A DNA stretch of 64,000 nt, taken from NCBI GenBank assembly GCA_964587725.1, contig CAZPLO010000001.1, positions 128,001 to 192,000 on the forward strand, given 5' to 3'. Shown in pieces: positions 59,055 through 64,000 of the stretch. This DNA comes from an uncultured archaeon. GTDB taxonomy: Archaea > Altiarchaeota > Altiarchaeia > IMC4 > SCGC-AAA252-I15. Position 1 is the first letter of the stretch. Every line of letters begins with the position of its first letter. The notes under the pieces were generated by a model. The model was given only the letters and a program-made list of their open reading frames with translations. It ran no database searches and had not been told where the DNA came from. Made by a program: the position numbers and the translations under genes.

Positions 59055-59708
59055 ATGCACGTCAGCCAAGTAAACGTACACGGGGAGGAGTTCGTCGGCC
59101 TCATGGGCCTCGCCACAAACAGGTACGCGGTTTTGGCGCCCGACTTCACAGGCGAGGAAGTCTTGGATGTTCCTGTGCTGAAGGCGAAGGTGTACGGAAC
59201 CAACCTGGTGGGGATGTTCTGCGCGGGAAACAGCAACGGACTATTGGTGCCGTATTTCACGTCAGACCATGAAGTGGGGGAGCTGGAGAAATTCTGCAGC
59301 CAACACGGCGCGGAGGTCGCAAGGCTGGGGGGCAAATACACGGCGCTGGGAAACCTCATAGCATGCAACGACCGCGGCGCATACGTCAGCCGCCACATAA
59401 GAGACCTGGACACCATACGGGACACGCTCGGCGTTGAGGTGACGGTGGGGGACGTCGGCGGCCACAGCGAAGTCGGAGCCCACCTGCTGGCAACCAACAA
59501 AGGATTCATAGCCCACCCCGACGCGGAAGACAGACTAGACGAACTCAAGGACGTGTTCGGCGCCGCAGGCATGGTGGGGACCGTGAACTTCGGCGTACCC
59601 TACGTGAAGGCGGGGTTGATAGCCAACAGCAGAGGATACATCACCGGCACACGCACAACGGGGATAGAGCTGCAGAGGATAGACGATGCGCTAGGGTTCA
59701 TGGACTGA
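59055..59708 (+). CDS. eif6: Translation initiation factor 6
   Basis: GNSNGLLVP, GNLI.CND.G, GTVNFG, AN..G...G..TTG.E. Confidence 0.95.
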   Translation: MHVSQVNVHGEEFVGLMGLATNRYAVLAPDFTGEEVLDVPVLKAKVYGTNLVGMFCAGNSNGLLVPYFTSDHEVGELEKFCSQHGAEVARLGGKYTALGNLIACNDRGAYVSRHIRDLDTIRDTLGVEVTVGDVGGHSEVGAHLLATNKGFIAHPDAEDRLDELKDVFGAAGMVGTVNFGVPYVKAGLIANSRGYITGTRTTGIELQRIDDALGFMD

Positions 59709-60201
59709 CGCCTTTCGCCAGCTCCTTGACCCGGTATACGCCGTCTATGCGGCTTATCACTTTCACGGAACCCACGGGCAGGAGCTCCGCCCAGTCCTCG
59801 TCCTCCAGCATCCGCCTCCGCACCTCGGTGGCCGAGTATTTTTCGCGGTCGTAGAACGGGACTGAATCCACCTCCAACCCGGCTTCCTCGAAGATTCTGC
59901 GCTCGTTGTCGCTGTTGGTGAGCAGAGCCTCAAACCCTAGGTTGCCTTTAATCCACTCCACCCATTCACGGTCGTCTCCGAAGTCGGGTATCCGCTTTAT
60001 CTCATAAGGGGTGTCGAGGGACAATGACTCCTTAATCATCTCCTCCCGTTCCTCGGCCGTGAACGGGTTCTCCCACTCCATGCTCTTGTTGCAGCTCCCC
60101 AACCCAACAACCAGGTAATTCGACTTTTCCGACGCATACTCTATCATTTTAACGTGCCCTACGTGCAGCGGCTGAAAACGACCTATGACAAGCGAACGCA
60201 T
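59698..60201 (-). CDS. nadM: Nicotinamide-nucleotide adenylyltransferase
   Basis: GRFQPLH.GH, NPFT..ER, SATEVR. Confidence 0.93.
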   Translation of the reverse strand: MRSLVIGRFQPLHVGHVKMIEYASEKSNYLVVGLGSCNKSMEWENPFTAEEREEMIKESLSLDTPYEIKRIPDFGDDREWVEWIKGNLGFEALLTNSDNERRIFEEAGLEVDSVPFYDREKYSATEVRRRMLEDEDWAELLPVGSVKVISRIDGVYRVKELAKGVSP

Positions 60202-60231
60202 GTTAATTATCCGCAAACATAATATAATACC

Positions 60232-61758
60232 ATGGTCGTAGGCCAGGTCATAGGCTCCACCACCCTGAGGAACTTCAAATTCGTCATAAAAGAGGGGGAG
60301 GAGGAAAAAGTAAAGCGGGACGAGTTCGTCATCGTGGAAGAGGCCGTCACAGGCAAGGCCGTGCTGGGTGTGGTGAAGGACATCATCATCTCCAACGAGC
60401 TATTGCCGGACGAGTTCGGACGCGACCTCCGGCTCGCGGACATAATACTGAAGGAGGGCGAGTACCCGGTGCCCATCGTGAAGGTGCTGGGCATAGAAAC
60501 CGACGAAGGACTGGAGATTCCACGCCACGGAATCAAACCCGGCGCGGGCGTTCAACTGGCGCCCGACGAATTGTTGGACAGGATACTGCAGCAGGACCCT
60601 GCGAGAGGCGCGTACGTTGGGACGCTGTCGACGAGGGACACGGTGAGGATATATGTGAACGTGAACGAGCTTGTTTCAAGACATTGCGCTGTGTTGGCGA
60701 TGACGGGGGCGGGGAAAAGCTACAGCGTAGGCGTGCTCGTTGAGGAACTGATGAAGAAAGGCGGGGCAGTGGTCATATTCGACCTCCACGGAGAGTTTCG
60801 TAACATGGAGTTCGAAGACTCTGCGTCCATAGTGTACGACGTGGAGGGAGAGAACAGAATCAAAGTCGACGTTGGTTCATTGCATGCTGGGGACTTCATG
60901 AACCTTATGCCTGATTTAACAACCACCCAACGGGATTTGCTGGATGAGGTGCTGAGTCTCGCGGACCGGTTCTACGACAAATACGATCTGGAAACCCTCC
61001 ACCGCGTGCTGGAGATAATATACGACATCAAGAAGGGCGAGAAGAAGGGCGACGAAAGCCAGCTGTTCCCCAGCAACGTGCTCAAAAGCATCACCAAGAA
61101 AGTCGGCATCTCCACCGTCGGCGCGCTGATGCGGAGGATAAGACGGCTGGAGCGGATGGGGGTTTTTTCGGTGGAGGGGACGAAGCTGACGGACATCGTG
61201 AAACCCAACCAGCTCACCGTAATAAACTTGTCGGAGGCTGAGGAGAGGGTGAGCGAAATCATCGTCGCCGCAATCGCGCGCGGCATATTCGACGGCCGGA
61301 AGAAGTACATGCGCGGCGAAGACGGCTCCGGCATACCCGTGCCGGCGTTCATGATACTGGAGGAGGCCCACAACTTCGCGCCGCGGTCGGTGGAAGGAGA
61401 CTACTCCCCGTCGAGGACTATTTTGAAGAAGATAGCGCGGGAAGGCAGGAAATTCGGCGTCGGCCTGTGCGTGGTGAGCCAGCGGCCGAACAAACTGGAC
61501 GCCGACGTATTGAGCCAGTGCAACACCCAGATTATCATGAAGATTGTGAACCCCAGCGACCAGGAGTATATTAGGCAGAGCGTAGAAACAGTAACAGAAG
61601 ACATCGTAAGAGACCTCCCCAGCCTCTCGCGGGGGGAGGCGATTATCGTGGGGTCCGCCATCAAGCTGCCGGTGCCGGTGAAGATACGGGAGCGGAAGAC
61701 GCGGATAAGCGGCGAAGACGTCGACATCGTAGGCGAGTGGAGGAAGAATGGAGAATAG
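60232..61758 (+). CDS. herA: HerA-family helicase/ATPase
   Basis: HAS barrel, RH.AVLA.TGAGKS, D.HGE, EEAH, REGRKFG, SQRP. Confidence 0.9.
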   Translation: MVVGQVIGSTTLRNFKFVIKEGEEEKVKRDEFVIVEEAVTGKAVLGVVKDIIISNELLPDEFGRDLRLADIILKEGEYPVPIVKVLGIETDEGLEIPRHGIKPGAGVQLAPDELLDRILQQDPARGAYVGTLSTRDTVRIYVNVNELVSRHCAVLAMTGAGKSYSVGVLVEELMKKGGAVVIFDLHGEFRNMEFEDSASIVYDVEGENRIKVDVGSLHAGDFMNLMPDLTTTQRDLLDEVLSLADRFYDKYDLETLHRVLEIIYDIKKGEKKGDESQLFPSNVLKSITKKVGISTVGALMRRIRRLERMGVFSVEGTKLTDIVKPNQLTVINLSEAEERVSEIIVAAIARGIFDGRKKYMRGEDGSGIPVPAFMILEEAHNFAPRSVEGDYSPSRTILKKIAREGRKFGVGLCVVSQRPNKLDADVLSQCNTQIIMKIVNPSDQEYIRQSVETVTEDIVRDLPSLSRGEAIIVGSAIKLPVPVKIRERKTRISGEDVDIVGEWRKNGE

Positions 61759-61770
61759 GGGGCGGCAAGA

Positions 61771-62016
61771 ATGAGCGAGTTGGAGAAGCTGCGGGACAGG
61801 ATTGACGAAATCGACTCCAAGGTAGTGGCGTATTTGAACGAGCGGGTTGAAGTTGCAAAACAGGTGGGGGAGTACAAGCGGGAGAAGGGCTTGGACATCA
61901 AAGACGAGGGCCGGGAGGAGGGGGTGTTGGAGAAGGTGAAGTCCAAGACCGTCCACAAGGAATTCATGGAAGAATTATACAAAAAAATAATAGGTTACTG
62001 CAGGGAGAATGAGTAA
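61771..62016 (+). CDS. Chorismate mutase (AroQ type)
   Basis: LR..IDEID, L.ER, K, D..RE. Confidence 0.9.
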   Translation: MSELEKLRDRIDEIDSKVVAYLNERVEVAKQVGEYKREKGLDIKDEGREEGVLEKVKSKTVHKEFMEELYKKIIGYCRENE

Positions 62017-62782
62017 AGTAGCCGTGTTAGGACCGGAGGGCACGTTCACCGCGGAGGCAGGGAAGAAAATATACCCCGAAGCCGATTTGGAGTACATGGG
62101 TGACGTAGAGGAAGTATTCAAGTACGTGGCCTCCGGCGGTGAAGGCGTGGTAGCGGTGGAGAACTCGCTGGAGGGAAGCGTGGGCAAGACACTGGAGTGT
62201 CTGATGAACTACGACGTCAGCATAGTGGGGGAGGCTACGCTGGACATCAGCCTGTGCCTGATGAAAAAACATGGGGGGGTGAAGACGGTGATGTCCCACC
62301 CGCACGCGCTCGCCCAGTGCAAAAAGTATCTGAAGGAAAACTATCCGAAGGCCAGGATGCAGGCTGCGGACAGCACCGCCGCGGCAATGAATAAGGCGTC
62401 GGAGTCGGACGGCGTGGCGGCGGTCGGACCCAGGTATGCGGCTGAAAAATACGGGCTGGATGTGGTTGACGAAGGCATCGAAGACGACCCCAGCCAGACA
62501 CGGTTCATAGCCGTTTCGAAAAAACAGGTGTGGGGCTCCAAGACGTCTGTGATTTTCGCGCTGAAGGACGAGCCCGGCGCACTGTATTCCGCGTTGAAGG
62601 TGTTCTCAGACAACGGCATAAACCTCACCAAGATAGAGAGCAGGCCGTCGAGGAGAAAGTTGGGGGAGTACATATTCTACATAGACTTCGAAAACAACGG
62701 CCTCGACCAGAAAGGTGTGGAGGGGCTTCTGGACAGGATAAGGGAACGCACCACCTTCCTGAAGAACCTCGGCTCATACTAA
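62009..62782 (+). CDS. pheA: Prephenate dehydratase
   Basis: LGPEGTF, ENSLEG, SHP.ALAQC, TRF, ACT domain NLTKIESRP. Confidence 0.96.
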   Translation: MSKVAVLGPEGTFTAEAGKKIYPEADLEYMGDVEEVFKYVASGGEGVVAVENSLEGSVGKTLECLMNYDVSIVGEATLDISLCLMKKHGGVKTVMSHPHALAQCKKYLKENYPKARMQAADSTAAAMNKASESDGVAAVGPRYAAEKYGLDVVDEGIEDDPSQTRFIAVSKKQVWGSKTSVIFALKDEPGALYSALKVFSDNGINLTKIESRPSRRKLGEYIFYIDFENNGLDQKGVEGLLDRIRERTTFLKNLGSY

Positions 62783-62795
62783 AAAATAATTATAA

Positions 62796-62819
62796 TTTTT
62801 TCAAAATAGTTTGAAAAAA
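62796..62819. promoter_or_regulatory. Perfect inverted repeat TTTTTTCAAA-atag-TTTGAAAAAA (terminator or operator)
   Basis: 10-bp arms in the AT-rich pheA-hef spacer. Confidence 0.5.
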
Positions 62820-62897
62820 GCATAAATTATTTATAAAATATGTTTTCGCCTGCTCTGTGGGGAATGAATTTAACCAGGCGTCCATTATAGTTTAGCG

Positions 62898-64000
62898 ATG
62901 TTTGTTGAGCACCCGCTGGTGAGGAGGAGGAAGCTGGACCTGCGGCGGTATCAGGAGAGCATAATAGCGAGGGCCATCGAGGAGAACACGCTGGTCGTCC
63001 TGCCCACGGGACTGGGGAAGACGATTGTGGCTGCGATGGTGGCCGCCCACCGGCTCCACAAGTACCCGAATAGCAGGGTATTGTTTCTCGCACCCACTAA
63101 GCCGCTGGTGGTGCAGCACAAAAAAACCTTCCATGAACTGTTGAACGTCGAGGAACTGGCGGTGTTGACAGGCAACGACCCCGTGAAGAAGCGGAGGGAG
63201 AAGTGGGGCGAAAACAGTATACTGTTCGCGACCCCGCAGACCATAGAAAACGACATCATAAGAGGGTTGGACCTCAGTGACGTGTCGCTGATTGTGTTCG
63301 ACGAAGCACACCGCGCAACAGGCAGCTACAGTTACGCCCCCATAGCGGAGGAGTACGTGAAGAAGAGTCATTTCCCGCTGACGCTTGCGCTGACCGCCAG
63401 CCCCAGCAGCGAGAAGGAAAAGGTGGCTGAGGTATGCAAAAACCTACACATCCGGTACGTGGAGGCGAAGACCGACCTGGACAAGGACGTGAAACCCTAC
63501 ATCAAGGAGGTGAAGGTCAGGTGGGTGAAGGTCGACCTCCCGGAGGAGTTCAATGCCGTGCAGAAACTGCTGCAGGATGTTTTGCGCGACGAGGTGAGGA
63601 AGCTGAAACAACTCGGCTACCTCGAAAGCGCGAATTTGAGCAAGGCGAACAAGCGGGTGCTGCTGGGCATACAACAGGAGGTCCGTAAGGACATCACCTC
63701 CGGGGTGGAGGCGTACAGTGCAGCATCGGTGGTGGCGGCCGCAATCAAGGTCAACCACGCCATCGAACTCCTTGAAACGCAGGGCATCAGCGCGTTGGAC
63801 GAGTACCTCCGCCGGCTGAGAAGCCAGCGTAGCAAGGCAGTGAAGAAGCTGATGCACGACTACAAGATGATGAAGGCGATGACCGACGTCAAAGCCCTCC
63901 GAAGGAATGGGGTGGAGCACCCGAAGCTGGATGAGGTCGCGCGGATTGTGAAGAAATACGGGGGGAAGAAGGTGCTGGTATTCACCCAGTACAGGGACAG
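62898..64000 (+). CDS. hef: Hef/FANCM-family DEAH helicase (runs off the window end)
   Basis: Manual translation MFVEHPL..RRYQ..NTLVVLPTGLGKT, APTKPL..QH, TPQ, FDEAHRA.G.Y.Y, LTASP, HPKL, VFTQYRD. Confidence 0.93.
   Translation, partial: MFVEHPLVRRRKLDLRRYQESIIARAIEENTLVVLPTGLGKTIVAAMVAAHRLHKYPNSRVLFLAPTKPLVVQHKKTFHELLNVEELAVLTGNDPVKKRREKWGENSILFATPQTIENDIIRGLDLSDVSLIVFDEAHRATGSYSYAPIAEEYVKKSHFPLTLALTASPSSEKEKVAEVCKNLHIRYVEAKTDLDKDVKPYIKEVKVRWVKVDLPEEFNAVQKLLQDVLRDEVRKLKQLGYLESANLSKANKRVLLGIQQEVRKDITSGVEAYSAASVVAAAIKVNHAIELLETQGISALDEYLRRLRSQRSKAVKKLMHDYKMMKAMTDVKALRRNGVEHPKLDEVARIVKKYGGKKVLVFTQYRD

Overview
A gene-dense, GC-rich archaeal chromosomal segment. The archaeal assignment rests on RFC-S, GINS, MCM, RadA, PriL, aIF6, the L44e/S27e/S17e/L40e ribosomal proteins, archaeal MAT and form III RuBisCO. 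The style of the orphan and pilin-like genes suggests an Altiarchaeota/DPANN-affiliated lineage, which is an inference only. The window holds about 77 CDS, including a heptose/surface-glycosylation cluster (5.7-16.6 kb), the HTH-HMGCS-thiolase-DUF35 mevalonate operon, a probable cobalamin ECF locus with a palindromic operator, tRNA-Gly(GCC) and an intron-containing initiator tRNA-Met. No CRISPR array, integrase, transposase or intein was seen. The most unusual signals are: (1) a structured repeat system around tRNA-Gly, with a duplicated upstream tract plus 5' end, two downstream T-arm/acceptor copies whose T-loop TTC is replaced by an exactly 24-nt insert, and hairpin loops upstream that covary with linkers downstream; (2) a protease-less, Zn-ribbon Lon paralog ending in a possible proteasome-docking -YL tail; (3) a twin-hairpin intron in tRNA-iMet; (4) a pair of paralogous orphan proteins with a repeated module next to a frameshifted orphan; (5) an apparent CA-rich to GT-rich skew flip across intergenic nodes. 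All calls are by eye from sequence motifs; no searches were run.
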